Shown: positions 1 through 17,767, numbered from the stretch's first letter. The stretch: 64,000 nt of DNA from the human T2T-CHM13v2.0 reference genome, Homo sapiens (GCF_009914755.1 NC_060931.1), one strand, 5' to 3'. A program made the numbers and translations. Notes: a model not told the origin generated them from the sequence alone.

Positions 1-160
1 TCAAAAAACAAAAAAAAGAAAAAAGAAAAACTTAGATGGTGCTGTCTGCACTAAGGTTGTGTCAAAAGATGACAAGAGGACAAGAAGCTTTGAATATCTT
101 ATAGGAAGAATTTACTATGGCTTATATGCCATGCCAGACATATCACTAAGTTTAGATTAC

Positions 161-530
161 TTTTTTAAAAAGATAATTTCAACTTTTATTTTAGATTTGG
201 GGGTATATGAGCAGGTTTGTTACATGGGAATAGTGCATGATGCTGAGGTTTGAAGTACGATTCATGCCATCACCCAGGTAGTGAGCATAGTACCCAGTAG
301 TTAGATTTTTCAACCTTTGCCCCACTTCCTCCCTCCTCCCTCTAGTAGTTCCTAGCGTCTATTGTTCCCATTTTTATGTCTCTGAGTAGCCAATGTTTAG
401 CTCTCACTTATAAGTGAGAACATGCGGTATTTAGTTTTCTGTTCCTCCATTAATTCACTTAGGATAATGGCCTCCAGCTGCATCCATGTTGCTGCAAATT
501 ACATAATTTTATTCTTTTTTATGGCTGCAC
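161..530 (-). mobile_element. L1 3' end fragment (older L1PA/L1PB-like)
   Basis: L1 3'UTR-type sequence with T-rich start. TTAGATTAC repeated at 152-160 and 531-539 as a candidate TSD. Confidence 0.8.
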
Positions 531-764
531 TTAGATTACAGATCTAATACAGATCTGTATTAGATCAAATACAGAAAGTAGCTAATATTAATGCTATATC
601 TCATGTAAACTTCAGGGGTTAATTAACTGTGGCAAATACTGTATCGTTCATTAGAATTAGCATAATTACAGTCCCTCTTAAAATTTGTTTAATTGAATTT
701 TTTAAAAATACCCTTTTCAATAATTTTTCTTTTCTTTTTTTCTTTCTTTTTTTTTGCCTTCAGA

Positions 765-1480
765 CAATACCAATTTATTATCTTTCAGTTCTGGGGGTTG
801 GAAGTCCAAAGTGGGTCTTACTGGGCTAAAGTCCTGCGCTCCTTCTGGAGGCTCTAGGGGAGAATCTGTTGCCTTGTCTTATCCAGCTTCTAGAGGCCAC
901 CATATTTGTTGGCTCAGGCCCCTTTCCTTCATCTCCAAAGTCAGCAATGTCAAGCCAAATCCTTCTGACACTGCCATCTCTCTTGTTCTCTCTTCTGCCT
1001 CCCTCTTCCACTTACAAAGACCTTTCAAGGTTTGAATGTTTGCCTCCTCCAAAACTCATGTTGGAACTTGATCTTCTATGTACAGTATTATAACGTGGGG
1101 CCTCTGGGAAGCAATTGGATCATGAGGGCTCTTTCTTCATGAATGGATTAGTCCATTCATGAATTAATGGATTCATTGGTTATCATAGGTGTGGATTAGT
1201 TAGTTATCATGAGAGTGAGTCTATTATGAAAAATAGCTTGGTTCTCAGTGCACACCCTCACTTTGTGATGCCTTCTGCCATGTTATGACAGAGCACAAGG
1301 CTCTTACTAAAAGGTGATGAGATTCAACTGCCCAATCTTGGACTTTCCAGCCTCCAGAACTGTCAGACATGAACCTCTTTTCTTTATAAATTACCCAGTC
1401 TCAGGTATTCTAATGCAGCAACAGAAAATGGACTAAGACAGGACCCTTGCAATTATATTGGGCCCACCCAGATAATCCAC
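765..1480 (-). mobile_element. MLT1-type MaLR LTR, interrupted by an MST LTR
   Basis: cagttctgggggttggaagtccaaa...ggaggctctaggggagaatc; resumes at 1441 with ggacccttg...gggcccacccagataatcca. Confidence 0.7.
1023..1440 (+). mobile_element. MST-type MaLR solo LTR
   Basis: ggtttgaatgtttg...ccaaaactcatgttg to gcaacagaaaatggactaagaca. 5-bp TSD agacc/ggacc. Confidence 0.75.
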
Positions 1481-1555
1481 CTATCTTTTTTTAATTAAAA
1501 ACTTAAAAAATTGTGGTAAAATACACATAACATAAAATTCAGCATCTTTCTTAAG

Positions 1556-1685
1556 CTAGGGGTGGTGGCATGTGCCTGCAGTCCCAGTTACTTGAGAGTC
1601 TGAGGTGGGAGGATTGCTTCAGCACAGGAATTTGAGACCAGCCTGGGCAACACAGCCAGAACCTGTCTCTAAAACAAAACAAAAA
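1556..1685 (+). mobile_element. Alu monomer (FLAM-like) within an old L1 3' fragment
   Basis: Single Alu arm with A-rich tail. Confidence 0.8.
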
Positions 1686-1779
1686 TCTTAACCATGTTTA
1701 AGTGTACAGTTTAGTAGTGTTAAGTACGTTGTTATGCCTTTTAGATAATTATTGCGTTAAAAAGGAAATTCAAGTCCAT

Positions 1780-3300
<1,521 letters not shown>

Positions 3301-4439
3301 GGTTTTATTATTTTAATTGCTGGGTCATAGGGTATGTGCATTTTTGATAGGTATTCCATTTTCTTCCCAACATAGTAATATGATAAATCTGTTTTCAGTA
3401 TTATGAATATATAAATATTGTTCACTGCTGAGCCAACCAATGTGCCATAATTATATTTATTTTCTTGCACAAATTTTTGTTTTGCCTAGAGTTAAAAATA
3501 TGCTTATATTTTCATTTACTTAATAGTCTTTGAACCTACAGTTAAGCTATCCCATACAATTACAGAGACGTAAAAATGCTACTGCAAAGAATTTTCTACA
3601 TAGTCAAACTTGTCAGGAAATTGATTCATTCTAATATTCATTTCCTGGAAATATTCCTCTTAGAGCCTCCACCTTCCTGTTCCAATCTGGACCCTCTCTG
3701 GTTCAGTTTCTCCAGAAAATAAATCTCTCATCTCCTGCATGAATGGGTGTGAGTAACTTTTCCATCTTCACATAGTGTTTCTTGGGGTTATACACAACCA
3801 GGTAGAGTTTGTATTTTTGTTCATTTGTTGTCATTATTGTTCTGGGATGATTCTCAAGAGGAGAAAGGGGTGTATTTTTCATGGTCCCAAGAGGAAACAC
3901 ATGACATGCTAAATTTAGAATAATTTGAGAAACCTTCAGTTAATGGAATGTTTATAAATGTATGAGCTGGATACAGGGGAACTACAGGGATACTGTAGTG
4001 CCAGGGCCTGTAGCAGAACTCTTACCTCTAGCCCAACAGGGAGAAAAGGGATAAGTGGGACCCAGAAGAGAGAATTAATCAGAGGAAGCCATTTTGAAAG
4101 AGTCGAGTAACCTTTGACTCCAAAGGGAGGAAGACCTCATCATGCTTCCTCCATTTCATCTCCTGTGAGTGAAGTGGGGGGGCGGGGGTAGGATGGTGCC
4201 CAGACTGCAACTCAATCTGGAGCCAGAGGGCAAAGGGGCCCATTGACAGCTCTGCACATACACATCAATCTCCTTGAAGAAGAAAACAGAGTAGAAGGAG
4301 GAAGAAAATGGGTCTGGAGGGTTACACAGAAGATATCTGGCACAGGGGTAGAAATCTCTTCTGCAACTATTTTAAAACTGGAAGTCTGATATCCTGGCTT
4401 AAATGTTATCTCTTATTTGACACCTAAATTGATGTTATT

Positions 4440-4800
4440 AAGGTCTCAATTTATATCTCAAACCAGACTTCTCTTTTAAAATCTAGATTTATAGCTCCAG
4501 CTGCCTCTTGAATGTATAACTGACATCTTGAACAGAACATGTTCAAAACAGAATTCTTGATTTTTACCCCCAGATGTGTGCCTCCCCAGCCTTTCCAGAA
4601 TTAGCAATAGCACTGCCACTTTTCCAATTGTTCCAGTCAAAAACCTAAGAATCACCATTGATTTTTCACTGATTCTACCCTCAAAATACATCTTGAATCA
4701 TGCCACTTCTTTCAATCTGTGCAGCCACGACCCAGTCCTGATCTCCCCTCATCTCTTGCCCCAGTTAGGAATTTAAATATCTTCTAATTAGTTTCTCTGT
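4440..4800 (-). mobile_element. L2 fragment
   Basis: aacatgttcaaaacagaattcttgattt...aaaacctaagaatcacc matches L2 phrases. Confidence 0.55.
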
Positions 4801-4950
4801 TTGATGGCCAAATTCTAAAAGCTACAGCTATGATTCACAGTTTCTTTAAGCCCACCTAATTTTTTGATTCAAGAACTGATTGGTCTTTGTTACTGGACCA
4901 GTTGCATTCAGTTGGTTCCCAAATTCTGCAACTAAATTGATCAACCCATT

Positions 4951-5304
4951 TGTATAGTCCATTTTCATACTGCTATGAAGAAATACCCGAGACTAGGTAA
5001 TTTATAAAGAAAAAGAGCTTTAATGGACTCACAGTTCCACATGGCTAAGGAGGCCTCACAATCATGACAGAAGGCGAAGTAGGAGCAAAGGCACCTCTTA
5101 CATGGTGGCAGGCAAGAAAGCATATGCAGGGGAACTGCCCTTTGTAAAACCATCAGATCTCATGAGACTTATTCACTATCACGAGAACAGCACTGGAAAA
5201 ACCTGTCCCCATGATTCAATTACCTCCCACCAGGTCCCACATGGGGATTATGGGAGCTACAGTTCAAGATGAGATTTGGGTGGGGACACAGCCAAACCAT
5301 ATCA
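4951..5304 (-). mobile_element. THE1 (MaLR) solo LTR
   Basis: Full reverse THE1 from tgtatagtccatttt to cagccaaaccatatca. Confidence 0.9.
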
Positions 5305-5525
5305 TCATTCTTTCACTGATCTTTACATTTTCAGTTTTATCAGCAGTTGTACCATGTAGGTCAAAGCCTTGTTTCTATTTGAGTTTAAAATATTTTAATC
5401 CATCTTGGACTCACTAACACTAGTTAATGGTTTGATGACTTCATATTTAATGCCTAATGTCCTGGCTCTGAAGGAATTAACAAATAGAAAAAGAAAACAA
5501 TCCAAAATATGAAGTTTCAACATCT

Positions 5526-5712
5526 CTTCAGCAGGAGGTATTACTTAATGGGTGCAGAGGTTCTGTTTGGGATGAGAAAAAGTTCTGAAAATGGATAGTG
5601 GTGATGGTTATACAACATTGTGAATATCTTAATGCCACTGAATTGTACACTTAAAAATGGTGGAGATGGTAAGTTTTATGTTATATATAGTTTATCACAA
5701 TAAAAAAATGTT
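5526..5712 (+). mobile_element. 5'-truncated old L1 (L1MB-like) 3' end
   Basis: gatagtggtgatggtt...cttaatgccactgaattgtacacttaaaaatgg. TSD AAGTTTCAACATCT at 5512-5525 and 5713-5726. Confidence 0.8.
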
Positions 5713-6065
5713 AAGTTTCAACATCTTTGTTATCAGAAAAAAAAACTAGGAAGTTTCCTAAAATGTTGTAAACTAGGCCTGAAAGTCTGTAATATCATCT
5801 AGAGTAGAGACTGTTTAATATAGCTCTCTTACCCTACACCCCACCCCTACTCCAGCCTGCATTCCCAGGAGCCCAGCCCAGTTTGTGGAAGATGGTGGGC
5901 CCTGAATAAGCACTTATTAATTGAATTTTGAGTGTCATATTGATGATTGAACAAGTCTACATTCATCAGTTAGTACTAAAAACAGATTGAAATGGATATT
6001 ACCTCATAAAAGGATCCCAATTCTTATCCTTACAGTCACTATCCTGCTTACTTTTCTGTGCATGA

Positions 6066-6468
<403 letters not shown>

Positions 6469-7087
6469 ACTTTCCCAATCTTAAATCACTCCTGTCAGTC
6501 TCAGATTAGTGCACTAGTATGAGCTCAAGGTCAAAATTCAGATACAATTTGTTAGCTCCCTATAGGGTGAGTGCACACCATGTCCTACGTGGTTAAGTGT
6601 CTGTCCAGTCTGGCCTCATCCTAGACTTTCATGATGAGCATGGGGCAATCTGCAGTCTTCCCTGCCCTCTTTCAGAAGCACTGGGGAACCAGTCCCACAC
6701 TTAATCACACCCTTACCACCTCAATTTTGGTTTGCTGCTTCTGTGTTGGACCTTTAACTCCCCCATCCAAACTAACTCTCAGCTCATTCTGTCTACCACA
6801 CAGTCACCTATGGGTATCCCCATCCCTCACCTTACCAAATGCAGCATGGTGGTGCACTCTAATCAGTGAGGTGCTGCTAAGTGTTTCAAAAGCAGCTCCC
6901 CAGGCAAAAAACAAGCACATGAATAATGCACAAAGAAACGACAAAAACCACTTGATTTGTAGCATTTTCTGATTTTTGTGGTGTAAATACTTGTACCATG
7001 GCCAAGTTCAGGCAATCAATGTGATGTCACTGAATATGGAGTTGGAAAGATACATATAGTAGCACATCATTTTATTGTATGTTTCCC

Positions 7088-7586
7088 TATGTTAGTTAAC
7101 CTCTAAGATGTGAGCCCTGGTATTCAGTATTTATTTCCCTCTCATGTTGTTCCAGGGTTGTTTCGTATAACCAGTAGGAAATAGTGGAAGTGGTTGTATG
7201 TTACTTCCGAGGTTAGGCTATAAAAGGCACTGCAGCTTCTATCTTGGTCTCTCTCTCTCAGATCACTCACTTTGAGGGAGGTTAGCTGCCATGCTCTGAG
7301 AAACCTGATGGAGAAGCTCATGTAGTAAGGAACTGTGGCCTCCAGCCACAGTCATATGAGTTAATATTCGTGGAAGTCATATCTTTAGCTCCAGTCAAGC
7401 CTTGAGATGGCTGCATCCCCCACTGACAACTTGACTGTAGTTTCATGAGAAATCCTGAGCTAAAACCACTTAGTGAAGCTACTCTCAGATTCCTGACTTA
7501 GAAACTGTGTAAGTTAATTAATGTTTGCGATTTTGAACTGCTAAGTTTTGGGATGATTTGTTATACAGCAATAGATAACTAATACA
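7088..7586 (+). mobile_element. MLT1F-like MaLR solo LTR
   Basis: Ends gttatacagcaatagataactaataca; contains cttccgaggttaggctataaaaggc. Confidence 0.75.
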
Positions 7587-7653
7587 CCATCATAAAGATA
7601 AGATAGATATAAATACCCTAAAGAGCATAGAATTAGTAAAATAAGAAGAGTAA

Positions 7654-8005
<352 letters not shown>

Positions 8006-8075
8006 CTGCCTTTGTTTTTTTAACATAATATATGTAATTATAAGTTTATGTAATTAAAAATTTAATAATAGTTGT

Positions 8076-8438
8076 TGTATTAGCCTGTTCTCATGCTGGT
8101 AATAAAGTCATACCTTAGACTGGGTAATTTATAAAGGAAAAGAAGTTTAATGGACTCACAGTTCCACGTGGCTGGGGAGGCCTCACAATCATGCTGGAGG
8201 GTGAAGGAGGAGCAAAGTCAAGTCTTACATGGAGGCAGGCAAGGATGTGTGCAGGGGAACTGCCCTTTATAAAACTATCAGATCTTGTGAGACTTATTCT
8301 CTATCACAAGATCATCACAGGAAAGACCCGCCCCCATGATTCAATTACCTCCCACTGGGTCCCTTCCACCACACGTGGGAATTATGGGAGCTACAATTCA
8401 AGATGAGATTTGAGTGGGGACACAGCCAAACCATATCA
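8076..8438 (-). mobile_element. THE1 solo LTR
   Basis: Full reverse THE1; perfect TSD GTTGT at 8071-8075 and 8439-8443. Confidence 0.92.
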
Positions 8439-8671
8439 GTTGTGTTTAATAGGTAGATTTTAAAAATTCCTGAAAATTTAATAGTCAGTGCTCATAAGCC
8501 TGTAGGGGCACGTTCTAGCACAGCACTGACTCTCATCTAGTAGTTGTCTAATTTTTTATTTGCATACACCTATCAGTAACAATTGCTTGAGCATATAATT
8601 GCAAAAGATTTGTAGTTAGCTTTATATTATATACACACACTACTCTAGTAATATGGTTATAATATTTTTGA

Positions 8672-9024
<353 letters not shown>

Positions 9025-9384
9025 ACAATAAACAATATTTTAAAATACATTTTATTTCATTTATTTGTGATATAAACCTTTTTATTTTTAATGGGAACAA
9101 ACTTTTCATAAGCAAGAGAAATGTGTCAGCTCTATTACTTCACCACTGTTTTAACCTGTAATGTGCCTGAATGAGAGCTCATGCCAGAAAGAGAAAAAGT
9201 TATCAGCTCTGCCAATTTCTTGTTGTTTCCTTTTGCTTGTGTTATTAAAACTCAATTCAATTCATGCTCTCTCTGCAGGAATATTTTAAAACTAAATAAC
9301 CTAATCTGTAAAACCATGTAACTTTTTACATGCAAATAGCAATATTTCACAATTCTAGGAAATAGAATGAATGAGAATGGGGGA

Positions 9385-10135
<751 letters not shown>

Positions 10136-11955
10136 GGGTCATTGTCAATCCCAACTCACTATGGAATTCTCACTCTTCCTAGGACACTTGGCATGCCAGT
10201 GAGATTGTCTTTGTGTATCCATACAGTAAATATTAAAGTTGAACTCCTTTCACTTTTAAGAGAAAGAGATAACTGTTTTATTATTTTTTCCTCATACACC
10301 AGTAGATCATTTTACCCAAACCCTGGAACATCACATTCAGGAATGAGGAGGAATATCTCACCCTCACCTCCCCCTTTAGAGACCTGTGGTCTAATCCTTT
10401 GCTGGAAACTAATGCTGACAAATGGTGTTAAATGGCCACATAGGACCTCCCATAAGGGCTCCTGAAAGGTACATCCCCTTCGGTAAGTGGTAGGGAATCA
10501 CTGTACCTTGGGTTTACAAAACTGGATTGAATGCAGGGGATATAAGTACACAAGGGAAATAAGTTTGGAAATGCTTAGCTATCTCTGGAGTTGGAAAGAC
10601 GAGAACACAAGAAGAATGCGTAAAAAACAAAGAAACAAAAAATAGCAGCAGACACCTAACATGGGTGATGAATATAACAGTCAGAGCTACGGTGCTTTGT
10701 TGAAAGCAAAAGTCTAGAAAAGCAAGTAAGATAAACTCATCACAAGCATCTTTTGAGTCCCTAAAGTCTCCTTTCCTGGGAAGATTTAATAGAAGAATAT
10801 GGCAGTCACCCATCCTCTGGCATAACATCTATAAATGTGTTATTCCTCCATCCCCTACCCAAAACTCTTTCAAGGTGATCATTCAAATGCATACTTTTCT
10901 GCATATTATAAAGTAATTTTTCGCTTCTTTTGTGTTTTGATAGATGTTTCCTGGTATTTAGCTTCAGAATGTTTCCTTTTATGCATCTGAAACATTGTCA
11001 TTTCTTGGAGACTCTAATGTGGCTTTAAAAAGAGAGGATCACTCTGTCCCCAACTGTTACCTGCTCTCCAAGGGAGAGCTCAACCCCAGGAAATTGGAAG
11101 GTACTGATTATTTAGCCTACCTTAGTTCAGCTTCGTTATCACTGTTATAACACCTTTGACTAGTTGCTGGGGTTGGAGTGATGGCGAAGAATATATATTG
11201 ACAATATTTCTTTTTAAGAGATCAAAGCCTGTATTAGTTATAGTATTCCAAAAGGAAAAAACACATAATAAATTAATTGTTATAACCATAGCCTTTAACA
11301 TCTTACAAAGTACTTGTACATCCTTTTCTCATTGAAGCCTACCTGCAGTTCTAGGTTGAGATTATTTTTATTTACCATTGAAAAAAACTGTGGTCATGTG
11401 GCTTACCCAATTTACACAAACCTTGTTTCTAAGGTAAATATCACAGACATAGCAGGTCTCCTGTTCTGTGACATATGACAAAAAGAGACAAATAAAACAT
11501 GTTTTTCCTTCCTTTTACTTCATGTTTTCACTACCTCCCTAACTCCATCTGGTCCAGGTTGAAGTAAGCTGACAGTCTTCATTTACCTTCTCTTTGTTTT
11601 GAGAAGACTCTTGAACAAAATTAAACCTCAGGGGCAGGATAAGAAAATTGGGAGAAGGAGACAGGTTCATTGGAAGACATAAACCATGAAGATGATTGCC
11701 AATATGGGGACAGACAAGGTTAACTAGAAATCTGTTTGGCTATAAAGCAGGAAAGATAGAGCCAGTATAGGAAGATCAGAAAAAAGACAGGAATCAGGAA
11801 AACTCCCTAATTTTCAGACCACGATTTCACCTTTTCATAGCATATTAGGATGAAATGAACAGAAATCCTGTTTCAATATGTTAGACTGTGTAAACTAGAT
11901 GAGCCACATGTATTCTCTGGGCCTGTTTCTCTCTCTCCTAAACACACACACAATT

Positions 11956-12146
11956 TAGGATGGCCAAATAAAATACCAGATACCCAGTTAAATATGGATA
12001 TCATACTAAAAGATAAATGCTTTTTTAACCTAAGTATGCCTCAGTTTCATATGAAATATATGAAATCTACTAAAAAATTGGTTTCTTTATCTGAAATTCA
12101 AATTAATTTGATGCCCTGTATTTTTATTTACTAGATCTGGCAACCG
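11956..12146. mobile_element. MER53-like palindromic DNA-transposon remnant
   Basis: taggatggccaaataaaatac...cccagttaaat / tttatctgaaattcaaatt...tctggcaacc. Confidence 0.75.
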
Positions 12147-12445
12147 AAACCTAATGAAACTTGAGATCAACTTGCTGCCACTGAATATAACCCTATGGAG
12201 CTGAGGAAATCACTACTGCCCCCTGTTGGACTCGGTTGGAACAGTCATTTTCTTGTTTTGAGATGTGCATATTAGTTGCAAATAATTCTTAGTTTCTGTC
12301 TGTAGTTACACAAAGTTTGTGCTTTAAGTACAGTTTCCACTCTGTTGATGCTGAAACAAGTTTTTCAAGTAGATCTGGTTTGGAATTTGTTCTCTCCTTC
12401 CCCAAGTTCCAGAGATGCTCAACCCCTTCCACTATCACCAAGATA

Positions 12446-12648
12446 ACTTCCTTTGCCAAACTAGCAAACATGTCCAGTTAAATCATAAATTGAACTTAAC
12501 GTCAACCTCCCATGGACGCATTACACATTACACATTACAGATGCCATTAATGTGCACATATTACACATTACTTCCTTTGCCAAACTAGCAAACACGTCCA
12601 GTTAATGATAAATTGAACTTAATGTTGACCTCCCATGGACACATTACA
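12446..12648. repeat. ~80-bp direct duplication with CATTACA microrepeat spacer
   Basis: Copies at 12446-12525 and 12570-12648. Confidence 0.9.
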
Positions 12649-13139
12649 AAGACGTAATAATCAATGTCACAATTTTCCCTACAAATCCTACTCATTGGGT
12701 GTGAGATCTATCACAAAAAGTTTGTAGAACCTCCCTTCCTGGGAGTTGGTTAATTTGAGAGAGGTCATCTCAAATGGATCAAATTCAGGTGTATCAAATG
12801 GCAGGGAGGAAGAAATAGACGACTCCTCAGACTCCATCAATTACATTTTTATTTGTTATATCTCATTCTCTACTTTGCCAGGGAGAACATATGAAATTGG
12901 ACTTGCAAAGATGGCGAACCATCTCTTCCAAAGAGTGTAGAGCGATACTCCCATCCCTGCATCTGACCATGAACCTGACCCTTTTTATAGCCCCCACAGT
13001 AAAAGCCAAAATAAAGTAAGATTGCTTTGTGTGCCCTTGAGGTGGTTTTGGTGCACAGAAAAAAAACATTCAGCAGTCTAAATATTCCTATTGAATGTAT
13101 TAAATGTTAACTATGAAAATATAAATCTCATCTTAAGTC

Positions 13140-13470
13140 TTTTCTTGAAGTGAAATTCACTTAAGATTAGGCATTTTAAAGTGGACAATGTAGTGGCATT
13201 TAGTCCCAAACATTTCCATTGCTCCAAAGTAAAACTCCCTTCCCGTTAAGCAGTCATTCCTCATTCCCACCTTCCCCCTCACCTTGGCAATCACTAATCT
13301 GCTTGCTATCTCTATAAATTTGCCTATTCAGATATTTCACATAAATTGAATCATATACTATGTGGCCTCTTGTGGCCGGCTTCTTTCATGTAGCATAATA
13401 TTTTGGAGGTTCATCCATGTTGTAGCATGTATCAGTACTTCATTTCTTTTATGGCTGAATGACATTTTCC
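13140..13470 (-). mobile_element. Old L1 (L1MB-like) 3' fragment
   Basis: ggcaatcactaatctgct...gttcatccatgttgtagcatgtatcagtacttcatt. Confidence 0.75.
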
Positions 13471-14172
13471 TTAAGTTTTTTAGTTCAGCTTATAAAACTT
13501 ATTATTCTATTTCATGGAATTAGCAAATTTTGAATGATAGCTTTTAAACTGACTGATTAATATGTAGTCCATTGACATAGTTAATTAAAACCCTTTAAAA
13601 TTTCAAATAGTATATATACATTTAACATGTTCAATTTTCTTTAATAGACTTTTTAATTGAAGTATAACAGACACATAGAAAAGTACACAATTCCTCAGTG
13701 TGCAGTTGCATGCATTTTCACAAAATGAACATGCCTGTGTAGCTGCCAACCAGACTAAGCGGAAGAACATGACCAGCATTGCAGAGAGTCCCCCTGCCCC
13801 TTTGCCTTTTCCTGTGAAAGAACCATCTTTAAGTCCTGAATCTGTATGCTTTTCTGTGGAAGAAATACTTAACAAATTATTTGCTAGCCGCTTGTCTACC
13901 TTAACAGAAATGGCTGCAGGCTGCCAAAGACACGATTCAGAAAGAAGCTCCCTGTTGGTCTTGTGGCTTTTGGCATCCCCTAACACCCCCTCAGAACCCT
14001 CTGCCTGCAGATCCGTCCCTTTGTGCTGAGTAGGTGGCACACATTGCCCTTTAGTGTGAAGGAATTGGAAATAGAAGAGAATGACACTATCTCAATTATA
14101 ACTGGGTTTATGCTGAAGATCCACTGCTAGCTGCTGTATATACATTTCCTACAGTTATGGGCAATTATTCCT

Positions 14173-14761
<589 letters not shown>

Positions 14762-15329
14762 TAATTAATCCTTTTGTTATGAAAACCCTTTAGGTATTTC
14801 CAGATGTAGACAGGGAAACTCAATGGACTTTAATGGCACATGCTCTCAAGGGTTCCCGTGGCCAGACCAGGTAAATAGCCCGCTCTTAGAAAAGATGCCT
14901 TGAGAAGAATTATTTCTAGCCAGAACAGACTTTAATAGCATCAGCTAGATGAACAGAAAGCCCAGAGCTAAGGTAAATGCAGAAAGTAGTTAAGAGTTCT
15001 GGTGAGAAAAATAGTCTGGGGCCATACAGTACAGAGCTTCAAAAGCTAGGGCAGGAATGTGTTGTGAGGCAATCAGGAATCACTGGAGGTTTGTGAAGGG
15101 AAACCCATCAGGGTCGAATCACCCTCCTCTCCTATATCATTTTTATGTTCAGAGGGGCCTTCTGACATAAAGAGTAGGACTGATGAGTGAGTTTTCACAC
15201 CTGTGACTTCTTGGGAGCGATCAATCTGTTCACAGAGACCTTTTATCCGCCTTTGTCCTCACCATGGAGTTGACCACCTACCTGGCCTTGTACTTCTTGA
15301 GTGATGATGAGCATGTTATCCATAGCAAC

Positions 15330-15565
15330 CATAATAATAGGTAACAGTATTTATAATGTGTCTGTCACTGTTCTAAGTAGTTTTTAATCTTTTTTATCTT
15401 CACAGCAACCCTCAAAGTCAGTATTATCATTATCCCGATTTTACAAATGAAGAAACTGAAGCACAGAGAGGTCAAGTAGTTCACCCAACGTCACCACTAG
15501 CCAGTAAGTGGCAGAAAAAGGATTCACAGCTAAGTGGCCTGACTCTAGAGCCTATATTCTTACCT
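15330..15565 (-). mobile_element. MIR
   Basis: attttacaaatgaagaaactgaagcacagagaggtcaagta core. Confidence 0.75.
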
Positions 15566-15984
15566 TAATCTACTCTAGACTATTCTCAACCTTAAGATAT
15601 TTTATCTACATCAAAGCTGCATTTAATGCTCAATTGTTTTTACACATCTGTAGGCTGCTGTTGCAAATGTGGGATGAGGTTTTGTTTTTTTTCTGTCCCT
15701 TCTCATCTGGGCCCTGGGCAATTGCTTAGAGGTAGAGCTGGTAGCGTTGTCTTCTGCTGCTCCTCACCTGTGCTCCAGAGGACAAAAATAGGGCAGCCTG
15801 CATCATTTCTTGCCCAGTTATTCAACACTTATTGATTGCCCGTCTCAGGCAAAGCACTGAAAGGATTGAAGCTACACATGACATAACCCTTGGCCTGGAG
15901 GCTCTTACACCTCATCTGGATCCAGGGGCATTTACAGGAGAAGAAGATGGACAGGCCAGGAGACCATTAAAAACAGGAATACTC

Positions 15985-16304
<320 letters not shown>

Positions 16305-17138
16305 AAAAACAGGAATACTCACCTCCAGCCCTGTTTGGCTACATGCTTCATTTCTCTTACTCTATCCCTGAATCACTGGAGTGCTAGGAAAAGTGACCAC
16401 CTTCGTGCATCTCCTTTTCTACCTAAAAAATGTAGCTTCCTTGATTTTTTTTTGGGTCGGGGGATTGTTTGTTAGCGTGAAAGTGGTTTAAGATCTAAGG
16501 CAAAATAACAAAGTGTTATTATCTGAGTACACAGCACACACTGCCCTTTCAAAACTGTTGCCTGTAGACTTACTGCACAGAGCAAAGCCCTCTGGGAACA
16601 AGCACTTACAATGAAAAATGGCTTATTATCATAATGGAGTATTCAATTACTTCCTCTGATGAGAGGTGGAGGGGTTTCTAAATTCATTGTATTAATTTAG
16701 AGTTTAGGGGAGGGAAATAATTAAAAATGTAGGCCACCTATGGGTGCTACATAATGTGGATGATATAGTGTTGTTATAATGGGAATATGATACATTTTAT
16801 TTATACAGTCTCTAGCTACAAAGAGTGTATTAGGTATTTTGCAGTGGGGCTTGGAAGCCTAAAACAAACAAGATTAAAATCAGCAATAAAGCAGATCGGG
16901 AGAAGCCAGTGAAATTCAGCAATAAATTTGATGCAAAGCCAATGTGATATGCCAAAGGCCTTTTAGAATTTGCTGTGGGCTGATGATTATGTTTTCTTAG
17001 TTTAGTGATATGGGAGGATATAGAAGGTAGGGTTGATGACTGTGAAGGAGAGGTCAGCCAGGGAGCACTTCCTATTGCAGGAAGAACAATTCCAACTTTG
17101 TGGAGGAGAATAGAATATTCATGGCCTAAAGGTTTTTG

Positions 17139-17145
<7 letters not shown>

Positions 17146-17196
<51 letters not shown>
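17146..17196. repeat. (TG)n microsatellite
   Basis: About 25 perfect units. Confidence 0.97.
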
Positions 17197-17198
<2 letters not shown>

Positions 17199-17767
17199 CT
17201 CTCCACAGTCACTCATTCCTGTGTGATTCATAAGTCTTATAGTCAGGAAATCCTTTCTCCATAACCCCATATCATTTTGTGGGGTTTCCCACTCATGTTT
17301 TCTTTTATTTCTTCCAGTCCCATGCTCAGCCTTCAATCTTTTAAAACCTCCAGACTCCTGTAACAATTACTCCTGGTATTCCTCATGTTAATATAGCAGA
17401 GCACACTAGACAGAAATAAGGCCCAGGAGAGGAGAATGCATACTTAATAGTCATATGGGGTTCACTGGGTCCAATCTCAGTGTAATAACACTTAGCAAAA
17501 TTTCTCGGAATTCTATGAAAATGGCAGCAAAGATTTGCTGAGAAAGGCTGCATGTACTGTCTATTTTTCTCCATGCACTTACATTAAACATACCCTAAAG
17601 CATATCTTCTAAGGCCCTGGCAAAAACCCTTAACCCATGTGTTGACGAGAATGGTTCTGGTCTAGCTTGTGCCCTACTTTATGTGTCCCATGTTGTTCTT
17701 GCTGCAAATGTAGATGCATTTGTCTGTCAAAGCATCAGTTCAAAGGACTGAATATTATGTATTTTCT

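Noticed and set aside
3940-4345. Possible old ERVL-type LTR
   Set aside because: Only the 3' end resembles remembered LTR33/LTR41-type sequence; cannot assign without a Dfam search.
16830-17366. 178-aa ORF with a (HT)n run, and the (ER)n ORFs at 24393-24753
   Set aside because: Translations of (TG)n and (CT)n microsatellites.
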